Position numbers and translations under genes: made by a program | Shown here: positions 9,296 to 24,200 of the stretch, piece after piece | Position numbering within the stretch: the stretch's first letter is position 1 | How the letters are laid out: the number at the start of each line of letters is the position of its first letter | Notes under the pieces: model-generated | What the model was told of the DNA's origin: nothing | Seen by the model: the letters and a program-made list of their open reading frames with translations, nothing else | Database searches by the model: none | From: a virus | Lineage: Duplodnaviria; Heunggongvirae; Uroviricota; Caudoviricetes | Direction: 5' to 3' (one strand) | IMG/VR virus record: IMGVR_UViG_3300032335_000499 | DNA: 64,000 bases

Positions 9296-12200
9296 ATGGC
9301 TAGAGTAAGAACATTAGATTTCCTTCCGGAAGTATTTCAAACACCAACCAACGCTGAATTTTTAGCAGCTACCCTTGACCAAATCGTCAATCCACCGAAT
9401 ACTACTCGTATCCAAGGATATGTTGGTAGTAGGTTTGGTTATGGAATAAACGCTACAGATAGGTATGTTTTAGAACCAACGAAGGTCCGTACAGATTACC
9501 AACTTGATCCAGGTGTTGTCTTTACGAAAACTAATGAACCAGTTGCAAAAGACTTCATTTCATATCCTGGCATCATTGATGCGTTAAAATTAGCGGGCGG
9601 AGCTACTGATAACAACAGCAGAATGTTTGAATCTGAGTTTTATTCATGGGATTCATTTATTGAACTTGATAAGCTAATCAACTTCAACGAATACTACTGG
9701 TTGCCATATGGTCCTCCCGCAGTAACAGTAGCGCAATCATTAATATACTCCAGAGCCGATTACAGAGTAACAGATAATCCTAACTCGTACAGCATTGTAG
9801 AGCTTGGTGCATCGGGTACTAATGCTAATCCAACTCTTACGCTATTACGCGGCGGCATCTATACTTTTCTCGTAGATCAAGATACTCAGTTTTGGATTCA
9901 ATCAGAGCCTGGCGTTAGTGGGTTTTCTGCAAACTTCCCCAACATTCCTGTTCGTGACGTTTATGGCGTAGAAAACAACGGTTCTAATTTAGGTGTCGTA
10001 ACATTTAATGTTCCGCAAAAAGATGCACAGAATGAGTATATTCTTCCTGGTAGAAACCCAGTAGACTTGATTTCTACTACACCGTTTAGCGAAGTTAACG
10101 GTGTACAACTCAGTGAGTTGGGCAACATCGACGGTGTTACTGGATTAGAAGGATTACGTGTAGCATTTTATAATACTGGTGTCCCTAATGAAATAGGTTT
10201 TGTCTCACAATATTATAGTGAAGATAATTTTGATGTCAACAATAATCAGTATGTCCCGCCGCTAACTGTTACCATCACTAGCTGCAACACAACTACTCTT
10301 ACTATCGCAACCGGTGACACATCAACCTTTACTGCTGGGCAGAGCATCACATTTGATACCCCTACAATTGGTGGATTAACTGACGGCCAAGTTTACTATG
10401 TTCGTGATATTGTAAGTCCAACACAATTTACTATCAGCGATTACATTGACGGTCCAGTATATACTCTTACTGCTGGTACAGGCACAATGACTGCAAACAT
10501 CAATCAGGGCTTACTTGAAGAAGGCTTCTACACTAACGTTTCAGAAACTTACTATCGTATCACATATGTTGGTAATCCAGACTCACCTGTACTTAGATTA
10601 ATTCCAGATGGCGTTATCCCAATCGGTGAAAACATCATCCCCATCTACGGTGAACTTTGGTCTAATCGTCCCTTTTATCGTGACGTAACTGGTGTACTTA
10701 ATCTACTCCCACAAATTACTGCCCCATCAGATATTCTTTATTATCAGGATAGTACAAACCCGAACAAGGTTGGTATTATTAGAATTGTTGAAAGTAATAA
10801 TACTAACACATTAAATGTAGATGCTGACATTTTAACTCAAGCAAACTTTACCGCAACTAATGGTGTAGTATTTACTAATGGGCTTAAAGTAAGATTTAAC
10901 GGTGATGTAATCCCTGCCAGTTACCTTGAGGGTGAATACTATGTTGAGGGTGTAGGCACTAGAATAGAACTAGTTCCAGTTGACTCATTAGTGTGTCCAG
11001 AAGCATTTACACAAGGCGGATTCATTCCGTGGGACACTGCTCCGTATGATATTGGCAATTTCGACATTGAACTTTTCATTCCAGTTGAACCAGACTACAT
11101 CACTATTGCTAGAAATAGCATAAGCAAAAATGCATGGTCAAGAAGCAATCGCTGGTTCCACGTTAGTGTTATTAATGCAACAGCCGGTTATAATAATAAT
11201 CCAAATATCTTAACTGAATATGCTAACAGTGATAACAAAGCTAGAAGACCTATCATTGAGTTTTATCCAAATCTTAAGTTATTCAACTCTGGATCACAAG
11301 GTAAAGCTGCGGTAGATTTTGTTGATACTCGTGCGACTGATGCACTATCAGATGTTGCCGGACTTAATGCTTACTACCCAGACGTAGAAGTATACACTTC
11401 TAATGGTGCAACTATCGATGCAGTCTCTATTACACCAGTAAGTGTCACTTCAACGATTGTTGGTCAGACTTACAAAATTGAAACTTTAGGCAACACCAAC
11501 TGGAATACTTTTGCTGGCACAACCGGCGTTGACTATGTTGACGGAAACATTGTACGCTGTGCAGTTACAGGGACTGGCACAGGTACTGTCGTTAAATACT
11601 CAACTGATATTACTGTTGCAGAATCAGATATAACAGGCGCATTTCAAATCGGTATGTATTTGGGAGATACTGATGCAGTCCTCCCCGTAAACTCACAAGT
11701 TACAAACCTAACAGGCGCCGGTACAGGCACACTCACAATTACTGCTGCTTGGTTAACTGCAAACACAGTAAGTGCTGTTGTTAATGCATCTATTGTAGGA
11801 ACCGATACTACTGTAAACAATTACGGACTGTTTACGGGTGCAAGAATTGTATTTGCGGCTGATACCGACGCTAATACTTTAAATAAAATTTATGTTGCTG
11901 AACTATCAACTATTACCCCGGGCGCAAAGCCAACCATTACTCTGTCATTAGCAGAAGACGGTGAAGTATTAGTTAATGAGCAAGTAGCAATATTGCGCGG
12001 CTACAACTATCAGGGTGCGTCTTTCTACTATGATGGTTTTGAATGGTTAGAAGCGCAACTAAAGAGCAACGTAAACGAGCCGCCACTGTTTGATGTTTTT
12101 GATGACAATGGTATATCTTTTGGTAATTCTGATATCTACGGAAGTACAACGTTTAAAGGTTGTAAGCTTTTTGCGTATGGTATTAATGACACCACAATTG

Positions 12201-15200
12201 ATGACCCAATCTTAGGTTTCCCGGTCCGCTACTCAGCTATCGATAACGTAGGTGACATCAGTTTCGATGTATCATTAAACTTAGACACCTTTAATTATGT
12301 TGCAGGTGGTGCTCCAATTACTCAAAAAGTCAATACCGGATATGTCTACAACTTTGCTAACCTAGTAACATTTACTAGAGAGTTAGGATGGCAAACTGCT
12401 GTTGCACCTAGTACCCAGTATCAAGCGTTTGACTTTCCCTATACTGCTGGCGCTACACCAAATTACTTTACATGCGACATCGCTAAGTTACCAGATTTAG
12501 CATTGGATGAACTTGGCTGGCCAAGAATTCAAGTATTCATTAATAACAGGTATCTGACTGAGGACGAGTATCAGGTCTATGGAACTAGCACCTCAACAGT
12601 AGTTATTTTGAATCAAGCGCCAGTAGTTGACACTGCAATACAAATTCTATTACTAAGTGACCAGGTAAGTAAAACTGCTTACTACACTATTCCTATCAAC
12701 TTGAACAACAACCCGTTCAACACTGATTTGGAAACTGCGGATATCGGCGACATCAGATCACATTATCGTGACATCTTTATCAACGCACCTAATACAAGCG
12801 GTGAGATTTTTGGAAATAATAACTTTAGAGACTGCGGAGACTTGATATCTTACGGTACTAAAATTATTCAAAACAGTGCAAGTCTCGTTCTTCCGGGAAC
12901 GTTCCTTCGCAAACAGAATCATGATTTATTCTCTGCACTAATGTTTAACAGCCGCGAGTATATCAAATATAAACAATTACTAGTTGATACTGTACAAAAC
13001 AGCGAGTTCACACAACGTTATACTCCATCCGAAATGCTTGATGATGCACTAGATCAAATCACTGCTGCTAAAAGTCAAGGCAATGCATTCTTTTGGTCAG
13101 ACATGCTGCCAGGTAAGGCAGCATTCCGAACCAACACATATACTTTCGCAAATAGTCTAGACACCTCAATTTACCCATTGACTCGTGTATACAATTTTGA
13201 AACTGCAAATTATAATGGTGTATTAGTATATCTTTCTAGAACCGTTGACAACAACACTGTTCAGACACAGTTGACTAATGGCGTAGACTACACTATTAGT
13301 ACAGATTCTCCGTCGCTCACTGTTACTTTGGATTTGATTGCTAACGATAAAATCACTATCAAAGAATATAATCAGACATACGGTTCATATGTGCCTAATA
13401 CCCCAACTAAGTTGGGCCTGTATTCATCATTTCAACCTACCGTAGTACTAGATGCTGACTATAATACACCAACTTACTTTATCTTAGGGCACGATGGATC
13501 ATACACTAAGTTGTACGGGGAATATATTCCTGAAACAAATACGTTGACGAATTTTGTTGACCAAGTATTACTAGAATTTGAAAAGAGAATTTATAACAAC
13601 CTGAAGCTAGGTACTGAAGTCGTAATTAAGGATTACGAAGTTCTTCCTGGATTCTTCAGAGATTCAGATTATTCTTTGGAAGAGTGGCTGGCAATGTACA
13701 CTCCTAATTTCTTAAATTGGATTGGACAGAATCGCTTAGACTACAAGACTCAGTTCTACAACAAGAATGATTTCTTTACATATAACTATACCAATAGCCA
13801 AGAAAAATTGACCCGTGAGCCAATTAAGCAAGGCTACTGGCGCGGTCTATATGAATATTTCTACGATACAGTGACTCCAAATTCTACTCCTTGGCAGATG
13901 TTGGGCTTCGCAGATGAGCCTACTTGGTGGCAAGAACGTTATGGTCCAGCTCCGTACACAAGTGACAACTTATTACTTTGGCAAGATTTAGAAATAGGCT
14001 TTGTGTGGAACAACACTGCAAGTTATGTTGTGCCAGAACTAGCTCGTCCTGGACTCACTCAAGTACTTCCCGTAGATTCAAACGGGGACATTGTGGCTCC
14101 CTGGACTAGTATTGTAGGAAACTATAACCCAAGCACATTCCAGAAAGACTGGAAGATCGGTGACATGGGTCCCGTAGAACTTAGCTATCGTCGTAGTTCT
14201 ACTTGGCCGTTCGATCTTGTCAAGCTGTTTGCGTTAACTAAGCCTGCTGAATTCTATAATCTTGCAGTTGATTTAGACAATTACAAATACAATGTGGAAT
14301 TCAACCAATATCTAGTAAACGACCGCAGCCACTTAATTATTAGTGATGTAGAAATCTATGGTAATGGTACTGCTAAAACCTCATACATCAACTGGATTGT
14401 TGATTATGAAAAACAATTAGGTATCGATGCAACTACTAATATCACTACTCTACTAGATAATTTAGATGTAAGACTAGTGTATCGTTTAGCAGGATATTCA
14501 GACAAGAACTTACTACAGTTCTACGTAGAAAAAGGTTCGCCAAACAGTAATAACGCAAGTTTGCTAATTCCAGATGAGAGCTACTCAGTACTACTATACG
14601 ATAACCAACCATACGACAAATTAGCCTACAGTAGTGTAGTAATACAGTCTGTTGATGGCGGATACACTGTATACGGTAACTCACAAACATTTTCATATTT
14701 TACTGTAAAAGAACCTATCTATAACGGAAAGTGGGTTAACTATGATGTTACTGGAGTTACTACCCGCGTAGCAGAAGACTATGCTACTACTGATGTTTTA
14801 GTTCCATATGGAACTAAGTTCTATACTATCCAAGAAGTAGCACAGTTCTTAGCTAGTTACAGTGCCTGGACGCAGTCCAAAGGAATGATCTTCCAAGAAA
14901 TAGAAAGTGGAATCGAAATTAATTGGCGCTTGATGATTCAAGAATTTATGTATTGGACTCAGACCGGCTGGGTAGAAGGTAGTGTTCTTACCCTCAATCC
15001 TGCGGCTACTGTTTTGGAAATTGATCAAGTAAGCACTATCGTACAACCTCTCACTGTTCAGAATCAAAACTTCATTCTGAATCAAAATCTGTACCCAGTA
15101 CAGTTGAATAACATTTGCGTATTGAGAGATGGAACTAGATTTAGAGTTCACACGTTGAATCAAGGAGATGCATTCTCCTATGCTCAATTCAATTTGAGTA

Positions 15201-18200
15201 ACTTTGAACATGGTATTGTTTTTAACAACGAAACTCTATTCAATGATACCATCTATAATTTAACTACTGGCTTACGTCAAAACAGAATCTATTTACGTGG
15301 TACTAAAACTGCTGAGTGGGACGGTACAGTAGATGCATGGGGCTTTGTATTAAATCAAGACAACGTAGTTGAATGGTCACGTGAACTCAAATACACCAAA
15401 GGTTCAATTGTCCTGTACAAAAACAAGTATTGGTCTGCACTAAAGATTGTTGAACCAAGTTCAGTGTTCAATGAACTAGAGTGGAAAGAAATTGATTACG
15501 CAGATATTCAAAAGGGCTTGTTACCAAACGCAAGTACTCGTGCGTATGAAAGCACCTTGTACTACGATATCAACAATGCAAATCTAGAGAATGATGCTGA
15601 CCTATTGTCATACTCATTAATTGGATATCGTCCAAGAGACTATCTTGCACTTGCAGATTTGACCGACGTTACCCAAATCAATGTTTATCGAAACTTGATT
15701 CGTGATAAAGGTACACTGAATGCTGCTAATGCGTTTAAGGGTGCAAATCTTCCACAAGGTGGAATTGATTATACTCTGTATGAAAACTGGGCAATTTTGT
15801 CCGGTGAGTACGGTGGTCTACTAAACGATAATTTTGTAGAATTCAAGCTTGATCAGCCATCGCTGACCGGCAACCCATCAATCGTATCACTCAACAACGG
15901 AATTTATACTCCGGGCGCTCAACAAGAAGTTTCACTATACAGCCTGTTTAATTACGGAAGACTTCCTGAATCGCCAAATATCCTAAGCACCACAACAGAA
16001 ACATATCCTGTTGCGCTGTATCCTAATGCAGGCTACGTGAATTTCAATGATGTTAAAATGGCATCTTACTATTACGCTGGTTTACCCTCAGCTATCAACC
16101 GCTCAGGCACTTATATTCCAGTAAATCAGTTTTATGTGCGTGATTATCTATGGCTTGCTAACTTTAAAGAAAAGTGGGCCGTGTATTCATGGAAGCCGAT
16201 TGCAGAAGTAATTCAAGTAAGAGGCAACATTAACGATACTGCAACAATAACCTTTAGTAAGCCACATGGATTAAGCAAGCTTGATCCAATCGCAATTATT
16301 AATTTTGCTGACAATATTGACGGCTACTATATCGTGAGTGATATTGTAAATCTAACACAAATTATTATCAATCTTACTGCACCTACAGCACAGAACACTC
16401 CACTCATTGGACGAGGCTTAGGCATGAAGTTTGTCAATCAGAGAGTTGCAACTCCTGCTGACATTAAGGATCTAGATTTACTAGAAGCAGAATTCACAAA
16501 GAATACCGTTTGGGTAGATGAAAATACTGACGGTGGTTGGGCAGTATACAGAAAAAATATCAACTATCAATTACAGACTGAGCTTTCTAGACCTATCTCA
16601 GAATTTGAAACCGGCTACGGTGTAACATTTGGTTCAAGTGTTGCTTACACTTCACAAGCAGGTTATCTAATCGGTGATGCTGGTGCAGGCAAAGTATATC
16701 GTTATGCAGTCAATCTATTGTCAGGTGATTTTAATGTTGTTGAAACATTAACTAACGGTACTTCGTTTGGTGCAAAGATTGTGTATGGACAAAATGTCTA
16801 TGCTATCTCAGAACCAACAAGCGTTACTCCAGCAGTATACCTGTATATCATTAATAACTCAGTCGTTAGCGATGATATGACCGATAATACAACTCTTACT
16901 CCTGAGCCGTATCAGACAATTTTAGCTCCAGGCGGTGTAACTGATTGGGGTAGCCAACTAGCAATGTCAGATGACGCTAATTGGATTTATATCTCAGATG
17001 TTGACAACGATCAGGTTTACGTATATCGTAGACAGAACTTCTCACTAGATGCCGGATACTTTGTTCCAACAGAAACCTATATTATTACTTCTTTGGGTAA
17101 CACTGATTTCACATTGATTGGCGCAGTAGAAAACAAAGTAGGTATTACGTTTGTTGCTACTGGCGCTGGAACAGGAACTGGTACAGCAACACAATCATCA
17201 TATAAGTTTGCTACTATCATCGACGGCTCACTAGAAGTGGCTGCTGGTTCAAACTTTGGTTCTGCAATCGCAACAGACTATAAGGGCGACACTGTTATCA
17301 TCGGTGCACCTAATGTTGACTACAGCATGAGCGTAAACGACTGGGGCAAGGCACTTGTTTATCAGCGCCGAATGCAGAATGTAGAAGTTCAGTATACATC
17401 AATTCCTAATGAACCGCAAGTATATTCTTTGGGTTGGAGTCCAACTAGTTTGGATGTGACTGTAACCTCAATCAGCGGAAATGAACTAGTGTGCGTAGAC
17501 ACAACCGGAATGACCGTAAACGATCCGGTACTGTTCAGTGGTTCAGTGTTCTCAGGAAGTGATGTATCAGTAGGTGGCATCGTATATTACGTTGAGGATG
17601 TAGTTGACTCTACTCACTTCACTATAAAAACCAGCAGAAGCTCATCTACAGCAGCAACTATTAATAACTTTACCCCGAGCGTAGATGCAGCATCAGCAAT
17701 TGTTCCTGGACAGACATACATAATTGTTTCAGTAGGTACTACTGACTTTACTGCAATCGGCGCCTCTGCTAATACAGTAGGCGTAGTGTTTACTGCTACT
17801 ACTGCTGGTACTGGTACAGGAACAGCAAGTAAAGTAATGATTGCAAATGTGCAAACTAATCCGCTATATGTTTCGGTAAATGGAACATTGGTTGCAGACA
17901 ATAACTATGCTATCGTGTCTGACGATCTATATTATGTCGGTGCAGTAAACGGCGGCGATATTGTCAATATAAGTGACAGTGGATTTGATTTCGTACAGGA
18001 AGTCAATTCTCAATTTAATGATAGACCAGGCATTCAGTTCGGTTATGCATTAGATTGCGATACCCAAGGTGCTATGTTTGTAGTCGGCGCTCCTTACGAA
18101 ATCAATAGCAATAATGTTGAGGGTGCTGCATACACATATATTAATGGCGGCGCAAGATACGGTGTTGTTATTGGTACTAACGAGTGCAATATTACCACTG

Positions 18201-21200
18201 ACAGAAATCTATTACTTAACGGATATCTTGTCCCGCTAACAGCCGGTAACGCAACACTCGCTGCTCAAATCATTAATGGTACTAATATTACCAATGTTCA
18301 GGCAAGCGCAACAGCAGACAACAAGTTAATCATTCAAGTTATTAACACTGATCTATCCATATACAATGAGAAGTTACTGGTAGCTGCCGATTCTGCTACG
18401 CTAAGTGAATTGGGTATTGAGTTGTATACCAACACTCAGATTGTAACTATTCCTCATGTCTATGGTCAGTCACAGTTTGGTAAAGCAATCAAGTTTAATG
18501 ACAGAGGTTCATTATTAGTCTCAGCTCCAGTTGGCACTAGATTTGCAGCAACTACCTTTGATTTTACCGACGATGAGAACCTAGACAACGACACTATATT
18601 TGATAATAACGCTACCCGTTTCATAGATGAGTATCCAAATGCAGGCGCAGTTTATATGTTCGATTATTTAGGAACATATAATGAAAATCTATTGAATTCC
18701 GGCAAGTTTGTTTACGCTCAAGCGGTAAACTATACTCAAACCGAATATGGATTTAATCCTTATTACGGTGAAGCAATCGAATTCAATGACAATGTTGTAA
18801 TGGTCGGTGCACCTGACTTTATTCCCGCACAAAACGGCGGTCTAATTACTGTATTTGATAATGCATCTGGCATCAGTGACTGGTCAGAATTTAGACAATC
18901 TTCTCCGATAGTTGATGTCAATAAGATTCAGAATAGTCAAATCTTTAGTGCAGAGACAAACAATACTCTAGCAAATCTAGATTACATGGACCCTCTACAA
19001 GGCAAGTTGTTGGGCGTTGTTCGTGAGAACTTAGACTATGTTGCCGGTATTGACCCTGCGAAGTATAACTCAGACTTAGCAGATCAAACTGGATACAACT
19101 GGGGTTCGGAACAAGTCGGTCAACTTTGGTTCAATACTAATAATATACGATTCATGAACTACCATCAGAATGATGTAGTTTATAATTCTGAGTATTGGGG
19201 AACGCTCTTCCCTGGATCAGATATTGCAGTGTATACATGGGTAGTCAGTAATGTTCCTCCCAATCAGTATCAGGGTCCCGGTATCCCGTTCAACACCAAC
19301 CTATATTGTGTAGCAAGCACTATTAATGCTTCAGGTGTAGTTGTGCCTATCTATTATTTCTGGGCACGAAACACAAACGTAATCTCAGAGTATAGAGAAA
19401 AGACATTATCTGATTTTGTAATCGCCAATTACATTTCTAATCCTCGTGGTTCAGGCGTCGCTTACATGGCTCCTCTATTGCCTAATACGTTTGCTCTATA
19501 CAATTGTTCATCGGTTATTAATGCTAATGATTCTGTATTCCATATCGGTTATGCAAACGGAACTTCAGATGACGTTGGTCACCAAGAGTTCACTTTGATT
19601 AGACAAAACTATCCTGATGACTTCTTACCTGGATTGCCCAATTCAGTCATTATGCACGGTAACAATACGAATGTCAATCAAAATGTCTACAACACTCAAC
19701 TTCCTTCTGGGTTGTATGATAGAATGCTTGATTCATTGTCCGGATGTGATGAGGATGGTCAAGTAGTACCTAATCCATTCTTACCTAAAGCAGTTCAGTC
19801 AGGTGTGTTAGCTCGTCCAAGACAGAGCTTCTTCTTTGACAGATTTGATGCTGTAAAGAACTACTTGATTTATGCCAATGATGTTCTAGCACAGTTCCCA
19901 ATCACAGAAACTAGACCAAACGCAACATTCTTGTTTGCTTCAGGCGAATTCTATGACACTGCTGACTACTGGGAATACGTAAATTGGTGGGCAATTGGGT
20001 ACGACAACAATACTAAGTCCGTAATACAGGTAGGTATCTACTCAGACCTAGCAACTCTTAACGTGGCAGTTGGAACGTTGGTTACTGTTGAACAAAACGG
20101 GGCAGGTAAGTTTGAGGTCTATCGTTATGACGGCGATAGCATTTGGACTCGTGTAGGTCTAGAAAATGGCACGATCCAGTTCAAGACATTTTTATGGGAT
20201 TACGCTGCTGGCAAGTTCGGCTTCAGTGGTGACTTCTTCGACAATACTAGTTACGACCTATATCCAAGCGAAGAAACACGTTACATCATTCGTGCATTGA
20301 ACGAACAAATCTATCTAGATGAGCTAGTTGAATTCAGAAACAAGAGCTTGATTATTCTCTTTGAATACATTCAAAGTGAAACGATAGAATCACAGAATTA
20401 TCTTCCTTGGTTAAACAAGACCTCGCTACTTGACGTATCGCATACTATTAGAGAGTTGCGACCAGTTGAAGTATTCCAATCAGATAACCAAGATTTTCTT
20501 GAGGGCTATATCAATGAGGCTAAACCATATCACGTTGTAATTAAAGAATTCATATTCTCGTATAAGGGACAAGAAGATTACTTAGGTAATTTCACGGACT
20601 TTGATCTTCCGGCAACATATAACACTACCTATCAGAAATTTATTTCTCCGCAGTTAGTATATGGAGACCCGTCAACTGAATATCAGTATTCAGCAACTAG
20701 CGATATTTGGAATAATCCTAGCTATTCAGCATGGTTTGAAAATTACGGTATATCTATTACCGGAGAAGACAACTATCCAATAACTACTCTTGTTTCTTAT
20801 GTAAGCCTTAGCTCAAACTATATTATTGTTGACAACGCACAAGGTTTCCCTATCAACGGCGTCATCAGAATTGGTGATGAAGATATAAGTTATGCATACG
20901 TTGATAGAGCATTGAATATATTAGGTGGACTGGTCCGCGGCCTAAACAATACTACTACAGGCGATCATTTACCTAACGAGCAAGTGTACATTGATCTTCC
21001 TGCTGTAGTTGTTCTCAACGGCGGAAGCAATTACTCAGAACCTCCGCAAATCACTGCGTACATCGATTTGGCTGTATATCCTGAACCATCCGAAGCCGCC
21101 GTATTTGAAGCAGTGATGAGCAATGGTGTAGTCCAAAGCGTGACAGTAATCAACCCGGGTAGAGGATACGCAGTACTTCCTGAACTGATTGTTGCCCCTT

Positions 21201-24200
21201 CAGAAGAAATATACTTTACTAACAATGATATTAATTCTGAATTGCATACTGTTAGACTTTATGCTCCTAATCTAAGAACAGGCGATCTAGTCAAATTCCG
21301 TTCCGGCACAAATACTTCCGGCTTGTCAACTGTTTCTGTCGGTAAGCTAGTAGACGATCAATGGTACTATATCAATGTGCTTGAAGATACTCCTACTGCA
21401 ATTGTAGCTTTTTATACTAATTACGCAGATGCATTGCAGGATCACGACCGAATTGCAATTTTTGCTAACGGAGAAAGTAATAACCTCTCTATCGCTCCGG
21501 GAGCTAAGGTATCTGCTATATCTTCTTCTGCACCAATCAGAGAAAACAACATCACCTTGCGCTTTGATAGAACTACGTATGGTTCTCAAGTACAAGATTG
21601 GAGAGCAGGAGCGTATTACGGATCATTCTTTGCTGGTAGCTACTATAATAGCGAATCAGTGTCAAGTTCTAATATATTACTAGACAATGAATTTCCAGAT
21701 ATCAATACTATTCTTGCTAGTGCCCAAGGCGCAACATTCGAGATTGTTGACGTTACTAATGACCAAGAATTAGATTGGTCATCGTTCATTCGTTATATAT
21801 TGTCCACTACGGCGTCTACTGATGCAATTCGATTAGTACCTCAGACTAACTCGTTTGTTGCAACTGGTAGTATTTCTAACGGAAGCGGTGCTTCCGGTAC
21901 AACAATGACTATTTTGGAAGTAGATTCTGGAACTATTGAACTCGGCACATTCATCTACGGATCAGGCATAGATCCTGATACCTATGTAGTATCACAACTT
22001 TCAGGTACTACCGGTGGCGCTGGCACATACCAGCTATCAGTCGCCGCTTTTACTGGAAATATTCAAATCACTGGTTACGATTTGTTTAACTATCTACCTA
22101 ACACTTCTGGTACTACAGTTGGTTTCTACGAAGGTATGCCAATCAAGTTTGTTGGTGCAGTCATCGGCGGACTCGTAAACAATCAAACTTACTATGTAAA
22201 AGACATCATCAATGACCTTGATTTTACGGTGTCTGCAACTGTCGGTGGCGGAACACTAGCACTAAGCGATGCAAGTGCTAGCCTTGCTGGTCTAGAATGC
22301 TATACCGGCGAAGTAGTAAACACCGCAGTGCTTACTGTTAACTATCCTGGCATATTGGAAGTAACAGCTTCTACTAGCGGAACTAATGCTTTAACTGTTC
22401 CTACTAGTGTTATTGGCACTGGCGGAACCTACAATTTCTATACAAATCTTCCTGTATTCTTTACCGGTGATGTGTTCGGCGGAATTATTGAAAATGAGCC
22501 TTACTACATTACTACTGTAATTGACGAAGAAAACTTCACGATTTCAACAACGCAGAATCCATTAATGATTGATGTATCTGCAACTATTGGTTCTACTGAT
22601 ACAGTAGTACTAAGTTCAGTTGATGGTATTACTATCAATACTCCAATTATATTTGTAGATTTGGTCGGAGCTACAGGTGGAATCGTTCAGGGAACTACAT
22701 ATTATGTAAGTGCAATCGATACAGTAAACAACGAAATAAAGATTGCGCTTACAATTAATGGTACTCCGGTCGATTTATCTAATAGCAGCGTAACTGGAAC
22801 ATTAATTAGCCAAGCAGGAGTAGTTACCTTAACTACTGCAACCGGAACAATGACTATGAACGTTTCTCTTCCGGTCAGTCCAGGACAGATCAACGGGCAG
22901 TTGTTCACTCTGTATGGTACTTCACCTCAATTCCCTGATATTACAAGCGGTACTGTTAGTGACAAGATAATACGAACTGTTAATGCGACAGTTGACACTT
23001 CCAATGTCATCGCAATTTCATCTGTTCAAGGCGGAACCAGTTTCTTCTACAAGAACATGCCTGTTAGCTTTGATATTTCAGTAGGTGGCTTGAGTCCAGA
23101 CCCAACTTATTACTATATCGTAGAATTTTCAGGAATGGATGACCCATTAAATGTCGGTGAAGTATTCCCGAATATCCAAGTACAAGTAGTAAGCACTTCT
23201 TCTACTGGCAATTTAATCACAGTAGACGTAAGCGAAGGATTTGACACTGACTCACTGTATGTAGGTATGCCGATTGTATTCTCAGGAACTGGCTTTGGTA
23301 ACATAATCATTGACCGAGAATACTTCGTCGCATCAATTCCTTCATCAACTACCTTCACGATTAAAGAAACACTCGTTGGATCAACTTTTGTATTACAAAA
23401 TGGATCGGGTCTGATGATTGGTACAGGCGACCCTTATGTTAAGGTATCTACTGCTCCTGACGGCGCTGCTGAAACTCTGACTACTGATGTTGCGCCCGGC
23501 GCAATAATGACTCAGTATATCATTGACCCGCCAATCTTCGACATGTCATATGTCGTAGGTGGATATCGTGCTATCATTCAAGACGGCGGCGAAGGATTTG
23601 CAATCAACAATACAATCACTATCAGTGGTGTAGAAGTTGGAGGGACAACTCCTGCAAATGACATTACTCTGACAGTTAATACTGTAGATGCATCCGGTGT
23701 TATTACTAGTGTAATTTGTGCAGGAACTGCTCCAGGACAGTCTAACCAGTACTATCTAAAAGTAATATCCCCAACTCAACTTGAAGTATATTCTGATCCG
23801 TTAATGAATGTTCCGGTAAGCGGAATTGATTTTGCATATGAAGGATTCACTACTACTTCAGTTACAGAAACCCAGGCATCAACCGATACTCTAACACTAA
23901 CTGACACAACCGGATTTGAAGTAAATGATGCCATAGTGTTTACCGGAAACGTTGCTGGTAATGTAGTTGCTAACGAAACATACTACATCGTAGATGTTAC
24001 CGGAAATGATATTCAAATCAGCGAAAATCCAGGCGGATCAGTATTTGCTCTAGCTACTGTGCTTTCTGCTAACTTTACCGCAGCTAAACCAGGAAGTGTT
24101 GCTCTACTTCCGGAGCCATTCTTCTTTAACCAATCAATTGTCAAATTTAACGGTAGAGTTTATGTTTGTATAATTTCAAACGACGATTCTGAATTTGTAT